Assembly (NCBI GenBank): GCA_965153355.1
Contig: OZ231126.1
Location: 16,554,001-16,618,000, forward strand
Length of the DNA stretch: 64,000 nucleotides
Direction: 5' to 3'
From: Flaccisagitta enflata
Taxonomy: Eukaryota
Positions 1-13,745 of the stretch are shown piece by piece. How positions within the stretch are numbered: the first letter of the stretch is position 1; every line of letters starts with the position of its first letter. Made by a program: the position numbers and the translations under genes. The notes under the pieces were generated by a model. That model made no database searches. It was not told the DNA's origin and saw only the letters and a list, made by a program, of their open reading frames with translations.

Positions 1-274
1 ATTGCTTTCATTGGATAAATTTCTAAAAAGATACTTGGTGAGTATGATTTTATGATATTCTCACCTAAAAAGTAATTTGAACTATGCAATTCTTATGAAA
101 ATTGAAAAAAAAGATGAAAATGATGATTTTTAGCAAATTTCTGCTTACACTTTTATCTATTTTCTGAGGTCGAAATTCTAAGAAAGCCAGGCACAGGGAA
201 ATTTTGCATTTTGAAAAACTTAGTTCTCTCCGCAATTGATTTGGGAAGAGAACTATGTTCTTGCTTTTTGTATT

Positions 275-435
275 TTTAGTTGAGGACACGCAACTCTATA
301 AGAGGCTTTGTCTGTCCGTTGGTCGGTTGGTCGGTTGGTCGGTCCGTAGTGGTGATTGAGTCGAAAAGTGGGAAAACGCGCATATCTGCCCCCGCCAACC
401 CGTCCGCAACTGGTGGCCGTGTATCCGGCCTTGTT
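275..435 (+). mobile_element. Short non-autonomous HINE/DINE-1-like interspersed element (representative copy of a high-copy family)
   Basis: Layout TTTTTAG(T/A)(C/T)GCG..ACGC(A/G)ACTCTA, then a (GTCG/GTCC)n microsatellite, CCCTGCCCACCCG, and a 3' end CCGGCCTTGTT in T-rich flanks. Related copies at approximately 7458-7678, 17478-17826, 17897-18030, 20427-20590(-), 24567-24780, 30104-30253, 32342-32506, 43089-43400, 43565-43876, 44875-45190, 52551-52757(-) and 61428-61585(-). The Helentron-type label is inferred from structure only. Confidence 0.7.
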
Positions 436-1474
436 TCATCTTCTATGCAAATTTAGAATTTCGACCAGCCTCCTGTGAGTGACCAAAAATAAAAAAAAAA
501 GGAATTTTCAGAAATTTCTTTTTAGTATCATTGGCTTAACTTGGTCCTCTTGCTAAGTAAATGCAATTTTTTCTTTTTAACACTATATCTGACCCATCTC
601 AATCACTTTTATTCACTTGTTTTTGCATTTTTATTCATTCATTTTTTCCATTTTGACTTTCTTTAAAACACAAATGTTGCCCTTGGGGGGATTCCGTCAT
701 AAGGACATATTAAAAGGGAATGGTCGTTGCAACATTGCCTTAGCTCTAGTAATTACAGGGACTTTAAATCAGACTGACTTATTATAAACCTTTATAGCTG
801 GAAAAATACTTGGAAAAAAGTTTTCAAATTTATAGTGTTTGTTGGTAATATGCTACCATTTTGTTATGCAAAATCTAAATATCAAGCAATCGATGATTGA
901 AAGTCAGCATTACTTTGAATAAAGCTACCATTTTTGTGGCCAAGTCACTTTTCAGTAGTATTTCTTCAGAGTTAGTGTTTTGTCAGCCAGCTATTTTCAA
1001 GGTAATTGACTTAGAATGCATTGGTTGGTCAAATCAAAGATCATTGTTTAAACACCCGATAATCTACAAATGGTCTTTCAATTAAGACCAGTCTCAAGGT
1101 TCTAGGTTTATATGTATGTTTATATGTGTTGTTTGATAGTTTCTCTGTTTATATGTATTGTCAGGTAAGCTTTTTGTTTGTCAGTAGTAAAGGATAGTTG
1201 TGAGCAATCCGGAGTGGGCACCATTGAAGGCTTGCAAGGCTTTCATCCTTTGTATGTTGGAGAATTCTGGCCTCCTTTTATAAGAGCAATGTTGTTTGAA
1301 CTTTCATATGTATGGAAATCATGTGCTGATAAAGAAACAATAAGGACTCAAATGATTTGACTTTGCCTTTTATTCAACCTTTTGCTGATTTCCAACAATA
1401 AAGCACCCAATACTGAAATTTGGCATAACAAAATGGTAGCATATTACAAATATACACCAAAAATTTCAAGAGTT

Positions 1475-2356
1475 TTTGGGCAGCGGCCCCGAAGGGGACG
1501 AAGTCCTGTAGAACACAGGGGGACTTTCGTTCGTCCATCCGTCCGTTCGTTCGTCCGTCTCTCCGTCCGTGTGTCCCCCCCAGGCCCTCTAAGGCCTGAA
1601 ATCTGCCCTCTTAGCCCTCTCATGCCTGAAATCTGCCCTCTCAGGCCTAAAATCTGCCCTCCCAGGCCTGAAATCTGCCCTCTCAGATTCAAGGCCTGAG
1701 AGCGCAGATTTCAGGCCTGAGAGGGCAGGTAACAGGTCTGAAAGGGCAAATTTCAGGTCTGAGAGGGCAGATTCAAGGCCTGAGAGGGCAGATTTCAGCA
1801 AGCCTGTATATTCTTGAGTTTCCCCCCCCCCCCCGGTGGGGGGGGGGAAAAAAATCAAAGGGTCTGGAGATGGGGAAGAAAATCTAAGGGGGAAAAAAGA
1901 GAAAAAAAGGAAATTTGGGGAAAATATAACTTTTTACAGTACCAAATCATAAAACTCAATTAGTAGAACACAATTTAACACTATTCAAACCTTAACTACA
2001 TAGTTTTATTCCTATATGGGGAAGAAAATCATGGATATAAAAACGCGACGCGACGCGTCGCGGGGAAGAAAATCAAAGGCAGGGGGGGGAAAAAAATCAA
2101 AAGCGACTCAAGAATATACACCCCTGGATTTCAGGCCTGAGAGGGAAGATTTTAGGCCTAAGAGGGCAGGTAACAGGTCTGAGAGGGCCTGGGGGGGCAG
2201 ACAGATGGACGGATGGACGGATGGACGAACAAAAATCCTCCTGTGTTCTACAGGACTTCATCCTCTTCGGGGCCGCTGCCCTGCCTCTCATTCCAATTTA
2301 CAACCATGCAAAGCAGGGCAACAGGTATCGCCTAGGGGTGCTAACGCCTTACCTTA
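1475..2356 (+). mobile_element. Minisatellite-carrying non-autonomous element (21-bp AGGCCTGAAATCTGCCCTCTC array) with a nested hAT MITE
   Basis: Starts TTTTGGGCAGCGGCCCCGAAGGGG and has the inverted copy CTCTTCGGGGCCGCTGCCC at about 2263-2281. Central 21-bp tandem units occur in both orientations. A close relative lies at about 50305-50930. Confidence 0.75.
1799..2126. mobile_element. hAT-type MITE
   Basis: TIRs CAAGCCTGTATATTCTTGAGT / ACTCAAGAATATACACCCCTG, with an exact 8-bp TSD GATTTCAG at 1791-1798 and 2127-2134. A second copy is at 24230-24538. Confidence 0.85.
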
Positions 2357-2643
2357 TATTGCCCTTGGGGGACCTGTTATCTAGTTGTTCTATTTACAAA
2401 GGTTTTCAATTTACAAAGGTTAACAATAAGTCAATCCGATTTAAAGAACCTGTAGCTTATCTCTTTGTAAATAATTCATCCTTAGGTGATATGATTTCTC
2501 TTGCAATTTGGATTGTATACTTCTGAGTTTAGGGTTGACATGCGATACTATGAGAGTGGTGATTCAGGGAGGAGAGGGTTTCCGTTGCTTGCTGTTTCTG
2601 GTGTAAGAGGAGCAGGAGAAGGTGCCCAAAAATACAAAATTAC

Positions 2644-2895
2644 CTCTGGCAGGCTGATTGTCGATTGCCTGGTTCTTTGGTGATATCCGAATAATCCAAT
2701 AGCTGATTGAAAAATATCTCAGGAAAGAGGCATCTCCGTCCTCTACGATAGTTGTTTGTGTTTCACGAACCAAGACGTTGCCGTTTTCATCGTACTCTAC
2801 GGCCCGTTCCGTGATTTGAGAAGCTGAGATCGAGCCATCCTCCACAATCGTACCAGAAATCGTCTTAATTTCGCCCGCCATTTCTTTCCCGTCAA
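2644..2895 (-). CDS. Probable internal coding exon, product unknown (xDGKEMAGEIKTISGTIVEDGSISASQITERAVEYDENGNVLVRETQTTIVEDG...)
   Basis: Acceptor tttcag| and donor |GTAATT. 252 nt, phase 1-1, fully open, with non-repetitive protein-like composition. No family recognised. Confidence 0.5.
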
Positions 2896-3206
2896 CTGAA
2901 AATTACAAATAAAATGCTGACATACGAAGAAAAATCATCTTTTAAGGAGGACCATGCGGGTGGGCATGGACCATATTTGAGGTCACCGGAGCATTTGAGC
3001 AGTAGCAGTGAGGCCAAATATCACAACGCATGGGAAAAGTGATAGTCGCAAAAGCGTTAGATGGTCAGCGGTACCCGATGCCCCTAAGTTAGAATATGTG
3101 GGGTTGAGATGGTTAAGTCGTGCTGAAAATTAGCATAGAATTTGCTGCCCATGCCCAATGACTTATGATTTTTATAAAATGAAATTAGATAAAAAAATTT
3201 TCTTAA

Positions 3207-5326
3207 GTGTTTTCAATAAAGTTGTGAATTGATATATTTTGCATGGATAAACTTTCACATGCTAGCTTTGATCTCAAACTTCTCATTTCATGATTGAAAA
3301 ATAGGCAAAAAACATGGAATAATTCAATTTGTTATTCTACCATAATCTACAGTACGATGGGAGCAATGACGACCTAGACTGGAGGATAGATTTTAGGTAA
3401 CTTAATCTTATTTATATTATAAAACATTTGAGATCTACGTTAATTAAAGGTTGCTTTATTGAGTAAAAATGTTTGCGACTCTCAAACTTCAACTTGCGAC
3501 CTGACCTCATCAAGACTTCATTTTTCAAAGTTCTAACCTATCTCAATAGATCGGTTGGAAAATTTTATATAGTTTTGAAAAAAAAATCAGCTCAATCGGT
3601 CCATTTTTACAGGTTTTATGGCCACTTTAAGTTTTGCCCAAAAATTAATTTGCATAACTTTTGTTTATTAAACATAGCCGTAAAACCTGTAAAAATGGTC
3701 CAATTGAGCTGATTTTTTTTTCAAAATTATGTAAAATTTTTTGCCTAATCTAATAAAATTAGTTAGAACCTTGAAAAATAAAGTCTTGATAAGGTCAAGT
3801 CACAAGTTGAAGTTTAAGAGACGCAAATACATTCACTCAATAGAACACTTTTAATTAGCCTAGATCTCAAATATTTTATGATATAAATGAAATTAAGATA
3901 GCTAAAATCTATCCTCCAGTCTAGGTCGTCATTGCTCCCATCGTACTGTACACAGAATTAACAAATTTGCTTAAAAGTTAAAATATCAATAAAATAAGAA
4001 CATCGCATGATTCCTAAATCCTGTTCTGAGCACGCTATTTTCTTATTTTGTTGATATTTTGACTTTCTATGCAAATTTGTAATTCTGTCTAAGCATATAT
4101 GAAATGATTGTGAATAATTTCTTCACCTTTTTGGCACCTTATCATCGAATTTCTCTAAATCATTTTGCATATATCTCATTTGGCGATTACAGAATGGAGA
4201 TCCTTCATAAATTATCATTTCAAGGTTGGATAAAAATGATAGAGATATTTGACTGAAGCATAATCAATGATGGAAATAGTAACTCTGTCCTCTGGGTAAG
4301 TTATTCCGGTTTTAATTTTGAATTTCAGTGCGTCTTAACGTGGCAATGGTCCTGGAGGAACTGGAGAACTATGCTTAAGCGCATGGGGAATGGTATTTGG
4401 GTGATCAGACTGAGTTGGGCTTTCTTGAATTTTGGTCTCAGCATAAGGATTTGTGCCTAGGGGTTGATACTTGGGCCTTGAGGCTGGGATTTGGGCCTCA
4501 TGGATAGCATCTTGGCCTTGAAGGTAGGATTTGCAGCTGGGATTTGAATTTGGCAAATAAGAGATTTATGTGTTTTCAATAAAGTTGTGAATCGATATAT
4601 TTTGCATGGATAAACTTTCACATGCTAGCTTTGACCTCAAACTTTTCATTTCATGATTGAAAAGTAGGCAAAAAACATGGAATAATTCAATTCGTTATTC
4701 TACCATAACCTACACAGAATAAACAAATTTGCATGAAAGTTAAAATATCAATAAAATAAGAACATAGCACGATTCCTAAATCATGTACTGAGCGCGCTAT
4801 TTTCTTATTTTGTCGATATTTTGATTTTCTATGCAAATTTGTAATTCTGTCTAAGCATACATGAAATGATTGTGAATAATTTCTTCACCTTTTTGGCACC
4901 TTATCATCGAATTTCTCTAAATCATTTTGCATTTATCTCATTTGGCGATTACAGAATGGAGATTCTTCATAAATTATCATTTCAAGGTTGGATAAAAATG
5001 ATAGAGATATTTGACAGAAGCATAATCAATGATGAAAATAGTAACTCTGTCCTCTGGGTAAGTTATTCTGGTTTTAATTTTAAATTTCAGTGCGTCTTAA
5101 TGTGGCAATGGTCCTGGAGGAACTGGAGAACTATGCTTAAGCGCATGGGGAATGGTATTTGAGTGATCAGACTGAGTTGGGCTTTCTTGAATTTTGGTCT
5201 CAGCATAAGGATTTGAGCCTAGGGGTTGATACTTGGGCCTTGAGGCTGGGATTTGGGCCTCATGGATAGCATCTTGGCCTTGAAGGTAGGATTTGTGGCT
5301 GGGATTTGAATTTGGCAAATAAGAGA
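3207..5326 (+). repeat. Local tandem duplication of a ~760-bp unit (copy 1 about 3207-4565 with a MITE insertion; copy 2 about 4570-5326)
   Basis: Both copies begin GTGTTTTCAATAAAGTTGTGAAT and end GGCAAATAAGAGAT. Duplicated spurious ORFs 4335..4556 and 5097..5318 are near-identical. Confidence 0.9.
3350..3948. mobile_element. Tc1/mariner-type foldback MITE
   Basis: TIR CAGTACGATGGGAGCAATGACGACCTAGACTGGAGGATAGATTTTAG with arms complementary over most of the element. TA at 3348-3349 and 3949-3950. The empty site (a single TA, ACCTACACAG) is present in duplicate copy 2 near 4711. Confidence 0.9.
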
Positions 5327-5357
5327 TGCGAGAAGAGACTTAAGGTATCTTTAACTA

Positions 5358-5805
5358 CACTTTTTTTATTTTATAAGAGACAACCTTTTTTGAACTCAGC
5401 CTGGATTCTCTTAAACTTTTTGCTGTTTTGAGGCTCAATGTCTCTTAAATTGTTCTTAATTTTTAAATGCGTGAAAAAAGCAAAAAAGCGTATAGATACA
5501 CTATTTAATGATATTCTATGTATCTTTAGAAAAAAGCATGTACATTACAACAGAACATTGAATAACTTGCCTAATTTGACAGGCAAAATCATAAAAAAAG
5601 TAGTCTTTTCCAGAAAAAAACTACCAATTCCACAAAAAAATTAGAATAATTGTCATTTATTTTGATACAACTCTTTTGCTGAATTTCTCAAAAATTTCCA
5701 AAATTGAATCTCAGCCTGGGTATTCTCTTATTTTGTTCTTAAAATTTTGGCAAATCTCAGCCTCATGTCTCTTATAAAAAAGTCTCTTATAAAATGAAAA
5801 AAGTG
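5358..5805. mobile_element. TA-flanked MITE with CACTTTTT...AAAAAGTG ends and internal CTCAGCCT motifs
   Basis: Ends are TA|CACTTTTTTTATTTTATAAGAGAC and GTCTCTTATAAAATGAAAAAAGTG|TA. A related element is at 30291-31038. Confidence 0.75.
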
Positions 5806-6120
5806 TATGACCGAAAAACGGAAAAAAAATATTATTTTGAAAGTCTTTTGTTGAATTAGATATTTTAATTGATAAGTTAATATAATTGACTTGAAATCAC
5901 TAACATAACTTCGCCAACTGTGTTTTCTTGAATGCATTTTTTCCTCTTAATGAAGAAAAACGATGAAAAAACGATGAAACTCCCTCTGATATGCGTGGCA
6001 CTATCCAGGTGAAAAATTCGAGGTTTTGAATGATTTTCTGCACAATCTTATTCTTCTTTTTTTTAATCCTCCGCCAGAGCGAAGCTTTAATTCGAGTAGA
6101 TTCAGACCGTAATACATAAA

Positions 6121-6218
6121 ACCCAGCCAACCCTTAGCCCTAACGCTAACCCAGTTCCAAACCCTAACCCTGAAACCATCCCCAACTCCAACCCTAACCC
6201 TAAACCCACCCCTAACTC
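6121..6218 (+). repeat. Degenerate telomere-like (CCCTAA)n tract
   Basis: Several AACCCTAACCCT units interspersed with variants. Confidence 0.55.
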
Positions 6219-7934
6219 TTATTTAAAACCTCACTTAAAAAGTTTTAAAAACAAGACTTTATAGAACCATTTATTTATACCAAAAAGTTTGGAAGCACCT
6301 TCTATTGAGGATAATTAAGCATCAGAAAAGCTACTTCTAAATATATCTTAATTTGATTTCGAATCTTCAGCATGAGTGCAATTTCGTTCATGTTGCTTTA
6401 ATCATTTGATAGAGGCAAACATATGAGTGAAAACAGTCATTCTTAAAGATAGTGAAAAATTAAAAAAACAAAGTTATAGGCTGCTTCTTCTGAGGATATC
6501 TCAGTTTAAAAAAACAAAAAAACAAACAAATTAAGTCTGTATTTTAATACCTTCCAATTGAGCGAGTTTCTGTTGCTTTATTCATTTAACAATGGCAAGC
6601 AAAATAGTAAAAATTTATCATAGATTGTAAAATATCATCATACCTGGCTGAAAAATATGTTCAACAAATCATTTCTCTAAAGAATGGCCTGAAAATTTTG
6701 CAAAAATATTGATATTATAATTCATTATTTCTCTTAATATAATGATTTTGTAAACCTCCAATATGGCCTCTTGCTCTGCTCATCAGCATGCAACTAGAGA
6801 CGCCAAATATCCGGCCTTGTTATTGATAAATACAATTATTCCCAAAGTGCTTCCAAACTTACTTCCTTGATAGTAGATTTCTCATAAAACGAACAAACGA
6901 GTTTGACTGGTTTCTTTTCTAGATCAAGTTCATACATCATACATCACCGAGTGAACAATGTTAATTTTTCAAGAATAGTCGTGTCCTAATGTAAAGGATC
7001 ATTATGGAATGGTTAACCATTGCTGAAATTAACCTTTTAGATAGTTTAGTTGCTAATATTTGATCTGTAATGAATTCAATTTTTGGGCTCCATTTAGTTT
7101 TTGTTATTTTGAATTAGATGTAACAGCATTTCTTCAACATTCCAGCTGACTATCTGTGGGTGCATGTTATAATCGAGTCTCTAAAACTTTGATTGTACTA
7201 TAATGAATAGTCACTAGTCAGAGCTGATTTACAAATGGTGAAATAAAAATGAAAAGGTGTTGAGTCTCGTGCCCGTGACAAAAGCTTTTTGGACCATTAA
7301 TCATTGTCGGAATATCCGTTGCTACTAGTGTAACATGCCAAAAGAGACGGCCTGTCAGCAACCAAGTCTAACAAGATTTAAAGTTATGCTGACTTCTTTC
7401 CATCAGCATATTTTGATCAAAACGTCCATGGTTTCTAACATTCTTCCAATAAATCATTAGTCGCGTGCTACGCGCCTCTACACCCCGCTTTGTCTGTCCG
7501 TTTGTCCGAATGTCCGTCCGCTGGTCTCTCGGTCGGTCAGTCGGTTTGTCACATTTCATTTTTTTTATTTGTTTTTTTTTCCTTAACCTCACTACATTTG
7601 CCCTAATGCTGTGGCGACCTCAAATATGACCCCTGCCCACCCGCACGCGACCATAGTAGCCGTGACTCCGGCCTTGTTTACTTTAAAATCGTTATCTTCC
7701 TTCGGTCTGTCGGAGTCCCTTACTCCTCCCCCCCAATAGGTACATCCACGAACCCACGATTGTATTTCTCTTAGAGTCGGAATTAGACTGTAAGGAAAGA
7801 TAATTCTCAGCGCTCTTTTCACTCGTTCGACTCTCCCACGCGTTTCCAAAGAATGCAAGAACCCATTTTTTATTCATTCCTGTTTTTCAAAATCAAATTT
7901 CAGGTTTTCGTTGGGAAAGAGGGAATTCCTTCGG

Positions 7935-7935
<1 letters not shown>

Positions 7936-7988
<53 letters not shown>

Positions 7989-8045
7989 AGAAAGAAAGAA
8001 AGAAGTAAGAAGAGAGAAAGAAAGAGAAAGAAAAGAAAGAAAGAA

Positions 8046-8100
<55 letters not shown>
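7936..8100. repeat. (AAAG)n microsatellite
   Basis: Read directly. Similar tracts at about 11180-11460(-), 13530-13790, 20290-20425 and 33985-34100. Confidence 0.95.
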
Positions 8101-8101
<1 letters not shown>

Positions 8102-8549
8102 GTGTAAGTGTGCGCGAAGGCGACTGGAAGGAATGCAGGCAACGTAATCTGACTTGCAAAAATGAGAGGAGCGGCAGCAACTGAAAGCCCTCCCTTGAGA
8201 TGAATTCATCTGGAACCGCGTAAACCGTTTAACTCATTCCGTTTATAAATGGCGCTGAAATAAGTATTTTTCTTTTTTGTTTTATCTTATTGCAATAGTT
8301 TCCTAGTAGATTTGTTTTCAGGAAACATGTTTGGAAAAAATGTTGAGAAATATCTTTCAATCAATTCTAACATTTTGACAGTACAACTTCATAATTGCAC
8401 TTGTGAATAATAACGGTTCCTCCATCTGGAGCAGCCCAACCCACTGTGCAGATCCCTACGTGCGTAAGGAGAGGAAAAAGGCTCAACCCATATTATTTTG
8501 TCATGACTCTCCTTATTGCCCTCTGATGCAACGTTGACATTGGTGTATA

Positions 8550-8785
8550 GTTGTTGTTATCGTTGATAGCATTGTTGCTTTTGCTTTTGTTGTTTTCGTT
8601 TTCACCGTTTTTTTTTTTTGTTTTTTTTTGTGTTTTGTTTTTGTTTTTGTTTTTTTTGTTTTGTTTTTGTTTTTGTTTTTGTTTTTGTTTTTGTTTTTGT
8701 TTTTGTTTTTGTTTTTGTTTTGTTTTTTTGTTTTTTGTAGTTGCTGCTGATGCATGATGTCGTTGTTGACGTCGTTGTTGTTGTT

Positions 8786-8847
<62 letters not shown>

Positions 8848-8923
8848 ATTGTTGTTGTTGTTGTTGTTGTTGTTGTTATTTTTTTTTGTTGTTGTTGTTG
8901 TTGTTGTTGCTTGTTGATATTGT

Positions 8924-9010
<87 letters not shown>
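8550..9010. repeat. Compound (GTTTTT)n/(GTT)n microsatellite
   Basis: Read directly. Similar (GTT)n at 12828-13090. Confidence 0.95.
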
Positions 9011-9632
9011 TGATCGCATAGTGACAACATTGCCGAAAATTTCCATGTACAATACCGAGTCGTTACTGCAGCAGCAGTTTTTTCATTTCGCTCTTGTCCT
9101 TTTTCTTTCTTTCTTTTTTTCTATTTGTTGACATCGACGACGTTGTTTACGTTGATTGCGACAAAACATACACTGGAAGACGATGACTTAGTGGCTGCGC
9201 TGTCTGGAGGGTGACGCACCTGCTGCTCCTTTAACTGTCAACCAAGACAACATAATTTTGACGGCGCGAAAAAATACAAATGGATGGAAAAAAAAAGGAA
9301 AGAAAAGAAAAGGAAAAGAAGAATAAAGAAAAGAAAAAGAAAAGAAGAAAAAAAAATGCCCAGAGGCGAAAATTGCGTTGAGAACTGGGATGTAAATTCG
9401 TAGGCCAAAAATGGCAGAAGAAAGAGGGAAGGAAAGAAGGTGAGAGACACGTTTCCAGTGTGAGGATGACGACGACGTCGATTGCGACGATGGCGATGAC
9501 GACGATGAAGACGATTTGGCGACGACCTCCACAGCGACGACGGCGATGACGATGACGACGATGACGACGAAGAAGTAAGAGACAACGTTTTAGTTTCACG
9601 CGTTTTGCTTCCTTGGCTGGCTCAAAGTCAGT

Positions 9633-9755
<123 letters not shown>

Positions 9756-11372
9756 TCTTTGCCAAAAGACAGTTTAAAGTGGGTTGGACACTATTGTGAC
9801 ATGGACAGTTTGATGACATTGTTATTTAACGTTTAAGGTAGCATTTGTAACACGTAAGTGTTAGTTAGACTATCGTATGACGCTGAATAGTTCATCTGCC
9901 TATTTCATGTAGCAAGTACTCAGTAGTCACAAGTAACTTTCAATAGCTGATTATTCAACACTATTTTGTATACATAGTATCACGTAAATCAAAGATGTTT
10001 ACTCGTTGCACCTTGAACACGTAGAAATAAAATCAGCAGACCAGCTGTTCTGGTAAGACAATGAATTCAACACCCCTTTATTGGAAATTCTAAATCTGCA
10101 AAATGGAGCTGAAACCGTCATTTAAACTTCTTGTGGACGGGTGGGCAGGTGCATACAACCTCCATCCATAATCTTTTCCCAACCCATGCTCACTTACGCG
10201 CACAAACAATCATAACAGCAGCATTATAAATGCGTTTTTACACTTATCGACTTGATTATCATGGATGGATGGAAATACCAACGAATGGGCAAAACCTCTT
10301 AAAGAGTTGCGTGTCCGCGACTGAAAACTTAGTGCGATTGCAGGTAATCTGATGCCCTATGTTCATGTTTTTTTTGATAATACAATTGTCTACGCGAAAT
10401 TGAAAATATTCTAGGCATATGTCATGTGAGAACACCATCACATCATAAAAATTCGATCATTTTTCACCTATATTTGTTTAAGTTTTAAGACAGATGTCTC
10501 CTTTAGGATATTTGCCCATGCAAAGTACGCTTTTTTAGTCGCGTTCACATAACTCTTGCTCTGTCTGTCAGTCCGTCCGTTGGTCCATTGGTCCATCAGT
10601 CCCTCCATATCATTTTTGAGTTAAGGACTTTTTTGGATATCATAAGATCAAATAAGTTATTTCTAAGTATATTTTGTGATTTCTGGTAGGAAAGTGTGGT
10701 GTATTGGGTATTGGGTGAACCTAATACTTATGAATATTTCAAACCCAATTCAATACCCAATACGTATCGCCCGGCCTTGGATGGGAGGAAGGTGGAAAGG
10801 AAGGGATGGAGTGAGGAAGGAATGGAAGGAAGGAAGGAAGGAAGGAAGGAAGGAAGGAAGGGAAGAGAGAGTATGTATGCATATGTATTTAGTTGTGTGA
10901 AACGAAGCACGCGACTGTTGGCCTATAGGGCTTGTTATAGCTTTTAAAATCCCAAACTAAGACAAAAATAATTTCAATGATTAAAGGAAATCATGATAGG
11001 AGCTGGTAAAAAATGCAAAGGTAAGCTTCAATGCGTTGCAATTCCTTTTTTCGGTGTGTCTGTTGGTTCGTCCGTACGTAATGCATTATTTTTCGTCCAC
11101 TGCCATTACAACAATGCTGGGTTAGGCTATTTCTTCACTCCCTCTGTTGGCCAAATTGCGACTTGGAGCCGTGTTTTCTGTCTTTCTTTCTTTCTTCTCT
11201 TTCTTTTCTTTCTTTCTTTCTTTTCTTTCTTTCTTTCTTTCTTTCTTTTCTTTCTTTTTCTTTCTTTCTTTCTTTGTTTTGTTAGTTTGTTTGTTTGTTT
11301 TTGTTTGTTTGTTTGTTTGTTTGTTTGTTTGTTTGTTTGTTTGTTTGTTTTTTTGTTTTGTGTCTTTTATTC

Positions 11373-11408
<36 letters not shown>

Positions 11409-11410
11409 TA

Positions 11411-11453
<43 letters not shown>

Positions 11454-11765
11454 TCCTCCTTTCTTTCTTCCTTTCAGTGTTCCTTTTTGTTTCCTGCTTT
11501 CTTTGTCACAATGTTTCTGTCTTCTTTTTTTTCTTTTCCTGTTGCACATTTTCCTTTCATTCTAGCATTTTTCCCCGCAGTTGCTGATTTGATTCTATTC
11601 GTTTCTCGTTTTCCTTAATAAACGCTTCTTCGCGACGAGAATAATTTTTTTGGAGAGAGAACCAAAAAAATGAATAATTCAAAAGTTGTATCGATACAAC
11701 CGCATCCAACTGACAGGTAAGTTCTTTTATTAAAACCGAGATATCGGGTTCACCTTTTCTGTCAC

Positions 11766-12120
<355 letters not shown>

Positions 12121-12165
12121 GACTGAAAGTCGGCAGGCAGACCAAACAGTGGTTATCATGACTTA

Positions 12166-12378
12166 ACAGGGTGTGCAAAAGAATTTGCACTGGTACTCAA
12201 GCTTACTAAACATAAAAATCATCCTTACAGATGGCTCACTGTAATGAAATTTGAACTGAAGTATCCCTGCAGTAACTATATACTACAATAAAATTTTTGT
12301 AAAACTAAGCCAAGTAGAAGCATGCTTTTTACATCCTGTATACTTCAGCATTTGTGCAAAATTATTTGCACACCCTGT
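12166..12378. mobile_element. Small Tc1-type MITE
   Basis: Ends are TA|ACAGGGTGTGCAAAAGAATTTGCAC and GTGCAAAATTATTTGCACACCCTGT|TA. Confidence 0.8.
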
Positions 12379-12828
12379 TATTCGTAAACAATTTTTTAGG
12401 TAAATTGACAATGTGACAATGAAACTGAAACTGATTTTATTTTGTCACGATCAAAAGGAATATAATAGCAAGTCCAGATTTCTTGATCGCTGAAAATTCA
12501 TTCCCATGTTTTAAAAAAACATGTTCTGAACGGCCTGGGAAAAGCTCAATACTGAGGTGCGCCACTATCAAAAGGAAACAGATATATTTGAAAATGACAA
12601 TTTCTCACCTGAAACATAGTAATCGAAAAAAAGGTGGGGAAAAAAAAGAACATAAATTCAAAAATACTCATAAGACATGATTATCAAAATGGTCTCTGTA
12701 TTTGCCCTGCTAGTGCTTTTGTACATAGACCGTAGAATAGCCACAGTAAGTACGTTAGTATTAAGGCCTTTCGATCGAGGGTCTTTGATGTTCAGATGTT
12801 GTACATAAACTGGTTGTTACGCATACAG

Positions 12829-12893
<65 letters not shown>

Positions 12894-12908
12894 TTATTTA
12901 TTTATTTA

Positions 12909-12968
<60 letters not shown>

Positions 12969-13194
12969 ATCTCGTACTGTCATTATTTCAGTGGTTGTTA
13001 TCGTCTCCGACATCGTTGTTATTGTCGACATTATTGTTGATATGCCTGTCGTTGTTGTTGTTGTTGTTTTTGTTGTTGTTGTTGTTATCATTCCCGCTGT
13101 TGTTGTTAGCGTTGTCGATAAGGCCCCAGTGAAGTCGTAGGTAGATCTTTCCTCAGCTTTGGATTTGTGTTGAGGGCGTTAGAGCACGAGAGCC

Positions 13195-13253
<59 letters not shown>

Positions 13254-13532
13254 GCTTCTCATGCGTTATGTATGAGGGTTCCTCTGAAAGAGAGGCGGTG
13301 GGTAGAAAGTCGCCGAAGAATCGAGGAAAGATGGGAATAAAGAAAGGAAAGAAGAAGAAGAAGAAGAAGAAGAAGAAAAAGAATGGAGGAAAGAAGGAAA
13401 AAGAAAACGAAAGGAAGAATAGAGGAAAAGAAAGAGCGAAAGAAGGAAAGAAAGAAAGGGAAACAAGACAGCGGGATAGAGGTACGGAAGGGAAATGAAG
13501 CAAGAGTAAAGGATGGAAGGAAGTTGATGGAA

Positions 13533-13600
<68 letters not shown>

Positions 13601-13617
13601 GAGAAAGAAAGAAAGAA

Positions 13618-13653
<36 letters not shown>

Positions 13654-13700
13654 AAAACAGAGTAACAAAGCAACAAAGAAGAAAAGAAAAAGAGAAAGAA

Positions 13701-13745
<45 letters not shown>

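Noticed and set aside
700-1380. Protein-like minus-strand sequence as a pseudogene
   Set aside because: Stop density in the frames checked is close to random expectation and no family was recognised.
9050-9600. Ser-rich, CpG-rich segment as a coding exon or alternative ESRP 5' exon
   Set aside because: Acceptor-like sites exist, but I could not establish a consistent frame, donor or recognisable product.
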